Below, piece by piece: positions 18,714 to 28,858 of a DNA stretch of 64,000 nt (its first letter is position 1; each line of letters begins with the position of its first letter). The stretch comes from Myxococcota bacterium (lineage in GTDB: Bacteria; Myxococcota_A; UBA796; UBA2385). The translations under genes and the position numbers were made by a program. The stretch lies in assembly GCA_044344255.1 (NCBI GenBank), contig JBIJDH010000009.1:1-64000 (forward strand), read 5' to 3'. A model generated the notes under the pieces. It was not told the DNA's origin. It searched no databases and was given only the letters and a program-made list of their open reading frames with translations.

Positions 18714-19502
18714 TCAAGGCGTCGGGGGACGGAGGAGGCGGCGAGTCGCCGCCACGAGTGATTCATAGGTACCGAGCGCCTCCGGGGCAAGGGCCGCGAG
18801 CGCGGCGCGATGGGCCGCGAGCACGGCCTCGTCGCCGCGCGCCACCGGGCCGGTGAGGGCCGCGCGGGGGCCCAGTCGGACCGCGTTCTCGATGGAGGTC
18901 AGGGCGAGGGGCGCCAGGAGGCCGGGCGCCTCCTCCGCAGGGACCCCTGCCGCCACCAGCAGGGCCGCCGCTTCGGCGAGTAACGTAGTCGCGAAGTTCC
19001 CCGCCATCACGGCCGCTGCGTGGTAAAGCCGACGGTCTCCCGGCACCTCAAAGGGGGTCCAGCCGAGGCGCAGCGCGAGGGCCCGGGCGACGGCGACCGC
19101 CTCCGGGGAGCCGGCGACCGCCGCAGGCACCGGTCCGCGGAGCGGTGGCCCCGCCTCCGAGCCGGAGAAGGTCATCAAGGGGTGCAGGGAGCCCGCCCGA
19201 GGATGCGGCGCCAGTACGCTGAGATCGGTAGCGCCGGACGCGTGGAGGAGCACCCCCCGCTCCGGAGCTCCGAAGGGCAGCACCTGGGCCGAGACCTCCG
19301 CGATCATTCGGTCGGGGACGGTCAGCCAAACGACCTCGGCCGGCGGGATCGCCTCGCCACGCCCGATCAGCCGCACAGCGACACCTTCGCCTCGAAGCAC
19401 CGCCGCCGCCGCGCGCCCCAGGCGCCCCGGCCCGACGATCACGAGATCCAGGAGACCTCCACCCGCGAGTCCACCCTCGAAGCCCTGTTCAACGTCCGGC
19501 AT
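18714..19502 (-). CDS. Rossmann-like/DUF2520 oxidoreductase
   Basis: VIVGPGRLG, LTVPD, HASGA, SLHPLMTF, YHAAAVMAGNF, LTGPVARGD. Confidence 0.85.
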   Translation of the reverse strand: MPDVEQGFEGGLAGGGLLDLVIVGPGRLGRAAAAVLRGEGVAVRLIGRGEAIPPAEVVWLTVPDRMIAEVSAQVLPFGAPERGVLLHASGATDLSVLAPHPRAGSLHPLMTFSGSEAGPPLRGPVPAAVAGSPEAVAVARALALRLGWTPFEVPGDRRLYHAAAVMAGNFATTLLAEAAALLVAAGVPAEEAPGLLAPLALTSIENAVRLGPRAALTGPVARGDEAVLAAHRAALAALAPEALGTYESLVAATRRLLRPPTP

Positions 19503-19525
19503 CGCGGCTGGTTATCGTCTCGGGA

Positions 19526-20299
19526 ATGACACACCCACTCATCATCGAGCCGCGGGGTCCCGTCACCCTGCTGCGCTTGAACCGGCCGGAGCGGCGGAAC
19601 GCCCTCTCGCCCGAGCTCATCGAAGCCCTCTGGAGCGCCCTCGACGCGCTCCCCCCCGCCTGTCGCGCCGTCGTGATCACAGGGCAAGGAGACCGCTTCT
19701 GCGCAGGCGGAGACCTCGGCGGCGGCGGTCTCCTCGAGGCTGGGTTCCTGGACCAGCACGCCGGTCGCCAGCGCTTCGGCTCCCTCCTCCAGCGCATGGC
19801 CGAGAGCCCCGTCCCGCTCATCGCCGCGGTGAATGGCGAGGCCCTCGGAGGCGGCTTCGGCCTCGCGGCGGCCTGCCACCTGATCGTGGCCGATGAGCGA
19901 GCGTCCTTCGCGCTCCCCGAGCTGCGCCTCGGCCTCTTTCCCCACATCATCTCGCCCGTGCTGGCGAGGAACCTCCCCCGCAAGTTGATCCACGAGCTGA
20001 TCCTGACCGGACGGCGCCTGAGCCCAGAGGAGGGCCGCGCCCACGGCTTCGTCAACGAGGTGGCCCCGGCGGACGGAGCGGTGGAGGCTGCGGTCCGCAT
20101 GGCCTCCCTCATCGCCGAGCGCTCACCGGCGATCGTCGGCCTCGGGCTCAAGGCCATGGCGGCGGTCGAAGATGCGACGCTCCCCGTCGCCATCGCGCAC
20201 ATGGCGAGCCAGCTCACTATCAACCTGCTCACCGAGGACGCCGCCGAGGGCATCTCCGCCTTCTTCGCGAGACGTCCCCCCGAATGGAAGGGTCGCTGA
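19526..20299 (+). CDS. Enoyl-CoA hydratase/isomerase family protein
   Basis: LNRPERRNAL, FCAGGDL, ALGGG, LPELRLGLFP. Confidence 0.92.
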   Translation: MTHPLIIEPRGPVTLLRLNRPERRNALSPELIEALWSALDALPPACRAVVITGQGDRFCAGGDLGGGGLLEAGFLDQHAGRQRFGSLLQRMAESPVPLIAAVNGEALGGGFGLAAACHLIVADERASFALPELRLGLFPHIISPVLARNLPRKLIHELILTGRRLSPEEGRAHGFVNEVAPADGAVEAAVRMASLIAERSPAIVGLGLKAMAAVEDATLPVAIAHMASQLTINLLTEDAAEGISAFFARRPPEWKGR

Positions 20300-21166
20300 A
20301 TGTCGGCTTCCAACCCTGACGCACCGGTCATCGTCTCCGCCGCGCTCACGGGCGTCCTGGCCGACCGGCGCCAGTGCCCCGCGGTCCCCTACACGCCGGT
20401 CGAGATCGCCGAAGAGGCACGCCGCGTCTACGAGGCCGGCGCCACCGTGGCGCACATCCACGCCCGCGAGGACGACGGCACCCCCACCTTCCGCCCCGAG
20501 GTCTTCGCCGCGATCAAGGCCGAGGTGAAGGCGCGTTGCCCGATCGTCATCAACTTCTCGACGGGCACGCTCGACGATGACACCACGCTCCAGGAGCGGG
20601 TGATCCGCGAGTCGCAGCCCGACGTCGCCGCCCTCAACATGGGCACGATGAACTACGCGAAGTACTCGGAGCGGCGGAAAGAATTCGTCTTTGACCTCAT
20701 CTTCCCCAATTCCTTCTCCAAGATCATCCGCCTCCTCCGCGCGATGAACGAGGCGGGGGTCCACCCCGAGCTCGAGTGTTTCGACGCCGGGCACACCAAC
20801 TCGATCGGCCCGCTCCTCGACATGGGCTTGCTCAAGCCGCCCCTGGAGTTCAGCTTCATCCTGGGCGTGCTCGGGGGGCTCCCGGTCTCTGTCGAGGCCC
20901 TCCAGCTGCAGGCCGCGCAGGTCCCCCACGGCTCCATCTGGCAGGTGATCGGCATCGGGCGCATCCAGTGGCGGATGATCGGCGCCGCGCTCGTGCTCGG
21001 CGGCAACATCCGGGTCGGGCTGGAGGACAACTTCTACCTGCCCGACGGCACGATGGCGGCCTCCAACGGCGCGCTCGTCGAGCGGGCCGTCCGCCTCACC
21101 CAAGACGTCGGCCGAAGGGTCGCCACCCTCGCCGAGACCCGCTCCGCCCTCGGCATCCGGGCATGA
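20300..21166 (+). CDS. Beta-keto acid cleavage enzyme (BKACE/Kce, DUF849)
   Basis: ALTG, PYTPVEI, HIHAR, STG, PELECFD, RVGLEDN. Confidence 0.92.
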   Translation: MSASNPDAPVIVSAALTGVLADRRQCPAVPYTPVEIAEEARRVYEAGATVAHIHAREDDGTPTFRPEVFAAIKAEVKARCPIVINFSTGTLDDDTTLQERVIRESQPDVAALNMGTMNYAKYSERRKEFVFDLIFPNSFSKIIRLLRAMNEAGVHPELECFDAGHTNSIGPLLDMGLLKPPLEFSFILGVLGGLPVSVEALQLQAAQVPHGSIWQVIGIGRIQWRMIGAALVLGGNIRVGLEDNFYLPDGTMAASNGALVERAVRLTQDVGRRVATLAETRSALGIRA

Positions 21167-22461
21167 GCGAGCCCAGCGTCCGCCGCGTCCTCATCGCCGG
21201 CCGAGGCTCCGAAGCCCTTCATGTCAACGAGGTCGCACATCGGCTCGGGATGGAGACGGTGCTCCTCATCCGCGAGGCCGACGGCGACGCCCTCTGGCCG
21301 GACGCCGGCGACTTCGCGGTGCCGGTGCCCGCCGGCCCCAGCGGTGACTGGCCCTCGGCGGAGTCGGTGGTGGAGCAGGCCCAAGACGCCGGCTGCGACG
21401 CCGTCTTCCTCGGCACCGGGCGCTTGGCTCGCGACGCGCAGCTTGTCGAGGCGCTGGCGATGGCGGGGGTGCTCACGCTAGGCCCTTGGCCGAAGCAGCT
21501 CCTCTGGCTCGCCAACGCCGTCGAGCTCAGGAACCGAGCCCATGCCCTGCACATCCCCGTGGTGCCGGCCAGCGAGGTCTTCCAGGAGCCGGGCCCCGCC
21601 GAGGCCTGGGTCTCCTGGACCGGCCTGCCCGTCGTCATCCACCCGGCCCGAGAGCAGGCCGGGCGGCGGCCCACCCTGGTCCGCGAGGCGGCCGAGCTCC
21701 GCCCCGCCTTGATGGCGGCCCTTCGCGGGGGGCCCGTCTGGTTGGAGCGGCAGGTGGAGGGCGCGCGCGAGCTCGAGGTCCCGGTGTTCGGCGACGGCGC
21801 CGGCAAGGTCGTGGTCCTCCCCGAGCGGGACAGCACCCTCCGCCTCGGCGAGCGCCCCACCCTCGTCGAGTCCCCTGCGTCCCACCTCGATCCTGCCGTC
21901 CGCGCCGACCTCTCCGCCTGGACCACCCGCCTCGCCGAGGCCCTGCAGTGGCGGGGGGCGGGCTACGCGCGGTATCTGCTCACTCCGGACGGGCGGGCGT
22001 ACCTGCTTCGATTTCGGCCCGGCCTCGGGCACGGCGCGATGGTGACCGAGCTCGTCACGGGCCTCGACCTCGTCTCGGCCCAGCTCCGCCTCGCCGCCGG
22101 CGTCGACCTCGGCTGGAGCGCCGAGCCCATCGCCGCGCGCGGGCACGCCATCTGCCTGCTGCTGGAGGGCGCGGGGGGAGCGGTGGAGGCTGTCCTGACT
22201 CCCGAAGGCGGGCGCCTCGACGCCGCGGTCGTCGAGGGGGATCCGACCCTCCCGGGCGCAGAGCTCGGCCTGCTCGGCGCCCGGGGGCCCACCCGCCAAT
22301 CCTGCATCGTGCGGGCCAAGGCGGCGCTCGACCACTGGCCCTTCCCCGGCGTGGCCCCGGGGAACCCCGCCCTCTCTCGGCTCTTCGACGAGGCCTCCTT
22401 CTGGAGCCACCCCCTCGATCGAGAGGCCGCTCGCCGCATCCTGACGCTCGACCTCGCCTGA
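21163..22461 (+). CDS. Divergent biotin carboxylase-like (ATP-grasp) protein
   Basis: RRVLIAGRGSEA, ARELEVPVFGDG, ERDSTL, VESPA, VTELVTGLDLVSAQLRLAAG; ATGA overlap with BKACE gene. Confidence 0.75.
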   Translation: MSEPSVRRVLIAGRGSEALHVNEVAHRLGMETVLLIREADGDALWPDAGDFAVPVPAGPSGDWPSAESVVEQAQDAGCDAVFLGTGRLARDAQLVEALAMAGVLTLGPWPKQLLWLANAVELRNRAHALHIPVVPASEVFQEPGPAEAWVSWTGLPVVIHPAREQAGRRPTLVREAAELRPALMAALRGGPVWLERQVEGARELEVPVFGDGAGKVVVLPERDSTLRLGERPTLVESPASHLDPAVRADLSAWTTRLAEALQWRGAGYARYLLTPDGRAYLLRFRPGLGHGAMVTELVTGLDLVSAQLRLAAGVDLGWSAEPIAARGHAICLLLEGAGGAVEAVLTPEGGRLDAAVVEGDPTLPGAELGLLGARGPTRQSCIVRAKAALDHWPFPGVAPGNPALSRLFDEASFWSHPLDREAARRILTLDLA

Positions 22462-22538
22462 GCGCGGCGAGGTGCGGCGGGGCAGGGGGCCGTCGGGGCG
22501 GCTTTGACAGCGCTCCTGCCGCCCCATAGACCGCGCCG

Positions 22539-22973
22539 ATGTCTGAATTCAAGCGCTCCGGGCGCGTCGCCGCGCAGGTCCAGTCCGCCATCGCCGACAT
22601 CCTGCTGGGTGAGCTGCGCGACCCCCGAATCACCCCCGTCACCCTCACCTCGGTGCGGTTGAGCGACGACCTTCGGGTCGCGCGCGTCAACTTCTCCCCC
22701 CTCGGCGGACAGGGGGACAGCACCACCATCCTGGCCGGGCTCAACGCCGCGAAGGGGCTCATTCGACGAGAGCTCGGCCGCCGGTTGAGCCTCAAGTACC
22801 TCCCAGAGCTCGTCTTCCACCCCGACGAGAACCTCGAGAAGGCACTCCGAGTCACGGACATCCTCGACCAACTCTCGGCCGGCGGCCAGGACGAGGACAT
22901 CGACGAGGACATCGACGAGGACGCAGAACAGGACGACCTGCAGGAAGACGAGACCGACAAGGTGCTCCCGTGA
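22539..22973 (+). CDS. rbfA: Ribosome-binding factor A
   Basis: LRDPRI, VRLSDDLRVARV, LKYLPELVFHPD; adjacent to truB. Confidence 0.95.
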   Translation: MSEFKRSGRVAAQVQSAIADILLGELRDPRITPVTLTSVRLSDDLRVARVNFSPLGGQGDSTTILAGLNAAKGLIRRELGRRLSLKYLPELVFHPDENLEKALRVTDILDQLSAGGQDEDIDEDIDEDAEQDDLQEDETDKVLP

Positions 22974-23932
22974 GGGCGGGCTTCCTGGTCATCGACAAGC
23001 CCCCCGGGATCACGAGCCACGACGTCGTGGCGATGGCGCGGGCCACCACCGGGGTCGAGAAGGTCGGCCACACCGGCACCCTGGACCCCTTCGCCACCGG
23101 CGTGCTGCCGCTCGCCCTGGGCCCGGCGACCCGCCTCATCCAGTACCTCGACGAAGACCTGAAGGTGTACGAGGCCACCATCGCCCTCGGCGCCGCGACC
23201 GACACTGGAGACCCCACCGGCCAGATCATCCGAGAGTCGCCTGTGCCCGAGCTCACCGTCGAGCAGGTGGAGGCGGCGCTCGCGACCTTCAAGGGCATCC
23301 GGATGCAGGCGCCGCCCCGACACTCGGCGGTCAAGGTCCGCGGGCGCCCCCTGTACGCCTACGCGCGGGCGGGGGAGGACGTCACCGCCGCCGCCCGGCC
23401 GATCCGCATCGACAGCGTGCGCCTCGAGTCCATGGCCGAACGTGAGCTCGTGGTCCGCATCACCTGCGGGCGCGGCACCTACGCCCGCGTACTCGCCGAC
23501 GAGATCGCAGTGGCGCTCGGCACAACCGGCCACCTCTCGGCCCTCCGGCGCGCCCAGAGCGGCATCTTTACCCTCGACGGCGCCCTCGACCTGCCCGGCC
23601 TCTCCCGCATCGTGGCCGAGCGGGACGATTGGCCGGCGGTGCTCCGGCCTTCGCGGGGCGCCGAGCGGGTGGCCTGGCGCCCCCGGGACACCGTCCGCGC
23701 CGAGCTCGCCGGCTGGATGGTGAGCCCCGAGCTGGCCTTGTCCCACATCCCCGCGGTCGAGCTCCATGCCGACGAGGCTCGCCGCATGCAGACGGGGGGC
23801 CCGCCGCCGCCGCCGCCGCGAGATCTGCCCGTGGGAGGGCGGTATCGCCTGCAATTCCAGGGCCTGCTGATCGCGCTGGCCACGCGCGAGGCCGGGCAGG
23901 TGCGCATCGATGTCCGCATGGGCGGCCTCTGA
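22970..23932 (+). CDS. truB: tRNA pseudouridine(55) synthase
   Basis: DKPPGITSHD, GHTGTLDPFATG, CGRGTYAR. Confidence 0.95.
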   Translation: MRAGFLVIDKPPGITSHDVVAMARATTGVEKVGHTGTLDPFATGVLPLALGPATRLIQYLDEDLKVYEATIALGAATDTGDPTGQIIRESPVPELTVEQVEAALATFKGIRMQAPPRHSAVKVRGRPLYAYARAGEDVTAAARPIRIDSVRLESMAERELVVRITCGRGTYARVLADEIAVALGTTGHLSALRRAQSGIFTLDGALDLPGLSRIVAERDDWPAVLRPSRGAERVAWRPRDTVRAELAGWMVSPELALSHIPAVELHADEARRMQTGGPPPPPPRDLPVGGRYRLQFQGLLIALATREAGQVRIDVRMGGL

Positions 23933-23938
23933 GGGCGC

Positions 23939-24580
23939 TCAGGGCGCGGAGGGAGGCGAGGGCTCGACGCCAGCGGTCGCGGCAGCGGCGGCATCTCGCC
24001 TCCGCTTGACCACCCGCCAAATCACGAAGGCGACGAGGCCGATCCCGAGCGCGAGCCCAAAGGTGCGGAGGTGTTCGACCCAGCTCAGGATGTCCTGGAT
24101 GTTCTCGGAGAAGCGCCAGCCGAGGCCGCAGAACACGGCCACGGGCAGCCAAGCCGCCGCGGCATCGACCAGGATGAAGCGGAGCCAGGAGATGCCCGAG
24201 GCCCCGGCGAAGAAGAAGGCGGGGATGCGAGTCCCGGGCACCATGCGAGCGATGACGATGGTCCACGCGCCCCACCGCCGGTAGAAACGCTCGATACGCT
24301 CGACGTCGCTGGGGCCGACCAGCCGGGAGATGAAGCCCGTGGGGTGGAGGCCGAAACGACGCCCGTAGGTCCAGGCGATGCTGTCCGCGCAGAGGATCCC
24401 AAAATAACCCACGAAGAAGGTAGAGATCGCGCTCGCATGGCCCTGCCCGATCAGCACTCCGGCGAGGAGCAGCGTGAGGTCTTCTGGGAGCGGGAGCCCC
24501 AGAGGGGCCAGGATCAACGCGATGAAGACCGCCACCAGGCCATGCTCCTGGAGCAGGTTTTGAATCGCGGACTCTTCCAC
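23939..24580 (-). CDS. DedA family membrane protein
   Basis: LPLPEDLTLL, D..AWTYGR, IARMVPGTR; GTG start inferred. Confidence 0.88.
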   Translation of the reverse strand: MEESAIQNLLQEHGLVAVFIALILAPLGLPLPEDLTLLLAGVLIGQGHASAISTFFVGYFGILCADSIAWTYGRRFGLHPTGFISRLVGPSDVERIERFYRRWGAWTIVIARMVPGTRIPAFFFAGASGISWLRFILVDAAAAWLPVAVFCGLGWRFSENIQDILSWVEHLRTFGLALGIGLVAFVIWRVVKRRRDAAAAATAGVEPSPPSAP

Positions 24581-24645
24581 CGTATAGACCCCCGAGAGAG
24601 CGAAGCGCCTTACCCGCCGGGGCGGCGTCCGGCGAGCGGTGGCGA

Positions 24646-26559
24646 TCAGGGCCCGAGGTCGACCTGGAGGCGGAGGTCGGGCAGCTCCCGATCGGCGGCC
24701 CAGGTCGCCGCCGCCACGAAGGAGAGGCACTGGCAGCGGGAGTGAAAGGAGAGCGAGGGCCCCTGGTTGAGGGACCGCTGCGCCGTCAGGTCGTACAGGC
24801 CCGTCCAGCCGGGGCGCCACTCCCGAAGCGGCCCCGGGAGCTGCCAACCGAGCTCGCCCTGGGCTTGCAGGAGGTCGAGGCGCTCCCCCGCCTGGTGCGC
24901 GATCCCGACGCCGACACGCCCCGGCGCGCCGTCCAGGGCAGCGCGGGCCAGCTGGAGCCGCCGATCGGCCTCGACCGTGACGGTCCACGGTGCCCCTGTG
25001 AAGGCGAGGCGCCCGACCGGATCGAAGCCGCCCGTCCCGAAGGGCGCCGCGAGCTCGGCGCGCAGGGGCACCCCGACGGGATCGAGGAGCCTGGAGCGGA
25101 GGACTGGGCCGGCCGACCAGCCGGTCGGGAGGCGATCGTCTCCGAGCGGGTGTGCCGGCAGAGCCTCAGCCGGCGACGCGCCCCCCCGATCCCGCACCTC
25201 GGCGGCGAAGCCGGCCACGACGACCTGGCGGAGCGAGCCGAGGTCTCCCCAGAGGTCGAGCAGGGCCGCGGCCCCCAGGCCACCCTCCACCCAACCGGGC
25301 CGCTCCGTCCAGCGCGTGGCCCGGGAGCGCCCGGCGAGCACGAGGCGGGTCGGGCCGAGCACGAAGCCCCGATCGAGCTCCACGCGAGCCTGGGTGCGCA
25401 GCCCGAGGGGGTCGGAGCGGGCTCCGTCCCAGAAGGGCAGGGGAGCGCCGCCGAAGCGGGCGTGATCCACCCGCGCCTCCGCCTGGAGGGTGCCACCCCA
25501 CAGCGGCAGCGCCGGAGCGGAGACCACGCCGCTGATCGGCCGCTGCAGGGCATCGGCGGGCATCAGCACGCTCCGACCGTCTACACGGAGGGCGCCGCGG
25601 TGGTCGCCCCAGGCGAGCAAGGCCCGCTGCTCCGACCAGGGGGTGGATCGGGCGAGGAAGTCGCCGCCGTAGTCCGCCTGCACACGCTCGTCGCTGGTCC
25701 ACTGGGCGTCGACGGCGCTTCGCCAACGGCCCGGGGTCCAGGCATGTTCGAGGTCGAGGGCCCCCCGGCCGCCCTCGGCGAGGCGGTCCCAGCCGGCGGC
25801 GACCTGCAACAACCCGCCTTCCTGAGGGGCGAGGGCGTACCGGAGCTCCCCGAGGCCGCGGAGCCCGCGCTCCCCGCGGAGCTCCGGCTCGATCGTCGTG
25901 TCGGCGTGGGGTCCGAGGACGAGGAAGAGCGGCTCACCGAGGACCACGCCGTCCTGCCCGTAGCCGAGGTGCGGCGCCAGCAGCCCGCTGCGCCGATCTT
26001 CGAGGGGGACGCTGATCGGCGGCAGGGGGATAAGGCGCCGCTCACAGACGGAGACCCAGCCCCCCTGCAGGCGCGCCACCCCGTCGATCTCGACCTCGAT
26101 CTGGCGAGCCGAGAGGCTCCACGGCGCCGGATCGCAGGTGCAGAGGCCCAATGTGGCGTCGGTGGCCGACAGTCGTCCGGGTCCCAGCACACGGAGCTCG
26201 GCCCCGGTCACGACCGCATGCTGAGCCGGGGCCTCGAAGCGCGCCCCCAAGACCACCGTGACCCCCTCGCCGAGGGGCACCGTCGCCGACTCGAAGCGCA
26301 GCGCGCCGCTCGGCCCCTGCCAGGCCCCCCGCTCGAGCGCGAGCAGGCCGGTGGCGCGGATGAGGCGGAGCCGCTCCGCCTCGACGATCCGCCCGTCCAG
26401 GGTGAGCTGGACATGCCCGTCGGCGGTGATCACCCCGTCGTCGATCACGAGCCGGTCGGCCGTGACGAGCAGCTCTTCGACGAGGCCGAGGCCGAGGTCG
26501 CTGGCGTTTGCCGGAGCGGCGAGGGCGGCCGCGGCCAGGACCGCGAGGACGGCCCTCAC
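24646..26559 (-). CDS. LPS-assembly protein LptD-like outer membrane protein (divergent)
   Basis: Signal peptide, OstA-like N-terminus, CTCDPAPWSLSA, RRSGLLAP, beta-strand C-terminus with RCQC. Confidence 0.7.
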   Translation of the reverse strand: MRAVLAVLAAAALAAPANASDLGLGLVEELLVTADRLVIDDGVITADGHVQLTLDGRIVEAERLRLIRATGLLALERGAWQGPSGALRFESATVPLGEGVTVVLGARFEAPAQHAVVTGAELRVLGPGRLSATDATLGLCTCDPAPWSLSARQIEVEIDGVARLQGGWVSVCERRLIPLPPISVPLEDRRSGLLAPHLGYGQDGVVLGEPLFLVLGPHADTTIEPELRGERGLRGLGELRYALAPQEGGLLQVAAGWDRLAEGGRGALDLEHAWTPGRWRSAVDAQWTSDERVQADYGGDFLARSTPWSEQRALLAWGDHRGALRVDGRSVLMPADALQRPISGVVSAPALPLWGGTLQAEARVDHARFGGAPLPFWDGARSDPLGLRTQARVELDRGFVLGPTRLVLAGRSRATRWTERPGWVEGGLGAAALLDLWGDLGSLRQVVVAGFAAEVRDRGGASPAEALPAHPLGDDRLPTGWSAGPVLRSRLLDPVGVPLRAELAAPFGTGGFDPVGRLAFTGAPWTVTVEADRRLQLARAALDGAPGRVGVGIAHQAGERLDLLQAQGELGWQLPGPLREWRPGWTGLYDLTAQRSLNQGPSLSFHSRCQCLSFVAAATWAADRELPDLRLQVDLGP

Positions 26560-27827
26560 CCGAGGACGAGGTCCCGCGTGGCCCCTGCGAGGAAGACCGA
26601 GCCCGCGACGATGACCAACGAGCGTCCGTCGCGGGCCAGGGGCAACGCGGCCTCGATGTCACCGGCGGGCAGCACCGGCAGGCCCACCCCCACGAGCAAA
26701 GAGGCGAGATCCCCCGGGGACACCGCGCGTGGGTGCCGACAACGGGTGGTGAGCACCCGATCGACCTGCGCGGACAGGGTCACCGCCACCGAGCGGGCGT
26801 CCTTGTCACCAGACATGCCCAAGAGCAAGGTCCGGGGCCGATCCCAGGGGAGCTCCCGCAGGTAGGCGGCGAGGCGCTGCGCGCCGTCAGCGTTGTGCGC
26901 GCAGTCCACCAACAGGTCAGGGGCGAGCCACTCGAGGCGCCCGGCGTGCACGACCGACCGCAGCCCCTCGCGTAGGGCGGCCTCCGAGACCGGGAGGACC
27001 GCGCCACAGAGCTCCAAGGCCGCGATGGCGACCCCCGCGTTGTCGAGCTGATGCGAGCCCGGCAGCCGGACCTCAAGGTCTCTCAGCGTCAGGCCCAGGC
27101 CCGACCACGCGAAGCGGCCCTCTCGCCCTGGATTCACCCGAAAGTCACGGTCAAACTGAACAAAACGGGCGCCTCGCTCGTGTGCGATCGCCCGGATGAC
27201 GCTCGCCGCGGGGGGGCTGAGCGGACCGACCACCACGGGCCGGCCAGGCTTGATGATCCCCGCCTTCTCCGCCGCGATGCTCGGGATGTCCGGGCCGAGC
27301 TGCTCTACGTGATCCATCGAGATCGAGGTGATCACGCTGACTATAGGGTCGACCACGTTGGACGCGTCCAAGCGGCCCCCCATCCCCACCTCGATCACGG
27401 CCACGCCGACGCCCGAGCGCTGCATCGCCAGGAAGGCTGCCGCGGTCATCATCTCGAAGTAGGTGAGCGCCCGATCGACGGGGGTGCCGTCTTCGAGCGT
27501 GGCCTCTCCCCAGGCGCGGCGGGCGGCGTCGAGCTCGTAGAGGATGCCGCTCAGCTCCAGGTCGGAGATGTCGGACCCGTTGATGTTGATCCGCTCGTTG
27601 ACCTGCTGGAGGTGGGGCGAGATGTATTCGCCCACCCGATAGCCAGCCGCCCGCAGCACCGCGCCGAGCATGCGGACGACGCTCCCCTTGCCGTTCGTCC
27701 CCGCGACGTGGATCACCGGGAAGGCGAGGTGGGGATCACCCAGGTAGGCGAGGAAGCTGCGAAGGCGGTCGAGGCCCAGCCGCACCCCGAAGCGTCCGAG
27801 GTCAGCCAGGACCGGATGATCGATCAC
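26556..27827 (-). CDS. folC: Folylpolyglutamate/dihydrofolate synthase
   Basis: HVAGTNGKGS, SPHL, TYFE, EVGMGGRLDASN, DCAHN; next to accD. Confidence 0.96.
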   Translation of the reverse strand: MIDHPVLADLGRFGVRLGLDRLRSFLAYLGDPHLAFPVIHVAGTNGKGSVVRMLGAVLRAAGYRVGEYISPHLQQVNERININGSDISDLELSGILYELDAARRAWGEATLEDGTPVDRALTYFEMMTAAAFLAMQRSGVGVAVIEVGMGGRLDASNVVDPIVSVITSISMDHVEQLGPDIPSIAAEKAGIIKPGRPVVVGPLSPPAASVIRAIAHERGARFVQFDRDFRVNPGREGRFAWSGLGLTLRDLEVRLPGSHQLDNAGVAIAALELCGAVLPVSEAALREGLRSVVHAGRLEWLAPDLLVDCAHNADGAQRLAAYLRELPWDRPRTLLLGMSGDKDARSVAVTLSAQVDRVLTTRCRHPRAVSPGDLASLLVGVGLPVLPAGDIEAALPLARDGRSLVIVAGSVFLAGATRDLVLG

Positions 27828-28786
27828 GGCGTGACCAGGGGCGGACCTTCAGGCACCCGCTCGGCCGGCACGGCGGGGTCGAGCAAGAGATGCAGGCAGC
27901 GGGCCAGGGTGGCGCGAAGGTCTCCGCGAGGGACGATGGCGTCGACCATCCCATGCTCGAGCAGGTACTCGCTCGTCTGAAAGCCGGGGGGAAGGGCCGA
28001 GCCGATGGTCTGCTCAATGACACGGGGGCCCGCGAAGCCGACGAGGGCGTTGGGCTCCGCGAGGATGAGGTCGCCCAGCATCGCGAAGGAGGCCGCCACA
28101 CCACCGGTCGTGGGGTGAGTGAGCACGCTCACATACGGGCAGCCGGCCTCATCGCGGAGCCGGGCCAGCGCGGCGCAGGTCTTCGCCATCTGCATGAGGG
28201 AGAGGACGCCCTCCTGCATACGGGCGCCGCCGGAGGCGCTGATCACGATGGCGGGCTGACGGGTCGCGCAGGCGCGCTCGAAGAGGCGGGTGATGAGCTC
28301 ACCCACCACCGAGCCCATCGAGCCCCCGAGGAAAGCGAAATTGAAGGTGCCGATCTGAACGGGGATGCCGTCAATCGTCGCCGAGCCCGAGATGAAGGCG
28401 TCGGGCTCACCCGTCTTCTTGCGGGTGGCGATCAACCGGGACTTGTAGGGCTTGGAGTCTACGAAGTGCAGCGGGTCCATCGGGGAGAGGTGCTCGTCGT
28501 GCCGGACGAAAGACTCGGCGTCCACGAGGAGGAGCAGGCGGTCCAGCCCCTCGATCTGAAGGTGGTGGCCGCAGCGGGGACAGACCTGAGCCGAGGCCGA
28601 GAGGGCGTCCTTGTAGAGGACCTCCTTACAGGCCGGGCAACGCACCCACAGTTGCTCCACCGGCGCGCGCTGGCGGGCGCGGGGCAGGGGCTCCGGCGGC
28701 GCCTGTTCGAACCACCGCGGCCCCGCCGCGTCGGACTCTTGGGCTGCCGCAGGCGGCGGCGCCCCACCAGGACCTGAGTTGGACAT
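27824..28786 (-). CDS. accD: Acetyl-CoA carboxylase carboxyltransferase beta subunit
   Basis: CPAC..CPRC zinc finger, GGSMGSVVGE, SGGARMQEG, FAGPRVIEQT. Confidence 0.97.
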   Translation of the reverse strand: MSNSGPGGAPPPAAAQESDAAGPRWFEQAPPEPLPRARQRAPVEQLWVRCPACKEVLYKDALSASAQVCPRCGHHLQIEGLDRLLLLVDAESFVRHDEHLSPMDPLHFVDSKPYKSRLIATRKKTGEPDAFISGSATIDGIPVQIGTFNFAFLGGSMGSVVGELITRLFERACATRQPAIVISASGGARMQEGVLSLMQMAKTCAALARLRDEAGCPYVSVLTHPTTGGVAASFAMLGDLILAEPNALVGFAGPRVIEQTIGSALPPGFQTSEYLLEHGMVDAIVPRGDLRATLARCLHLLLDPAVPAERVPEGPPLVTP

Positions 28787-28858
28787 ACGACCCCATCCAC
28801 ACGATGGCCCGGAGCGTAGCGCGCCGCTCCGAGGCCGTACAGGGGAGGGCCGAGCGGC

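Noticed and set aside
22890..22925. 12 bp repeat encoding DEDI in the RbfA tail
   Set aside because: Acidic, variable C-terminal tails are common in RbfA
23939..28786. accD-folC-lptD-dedA cluster as novel
   Set aside because: accD-folC with dedA nearby is a well-known conserved housekeeping neighbourhood
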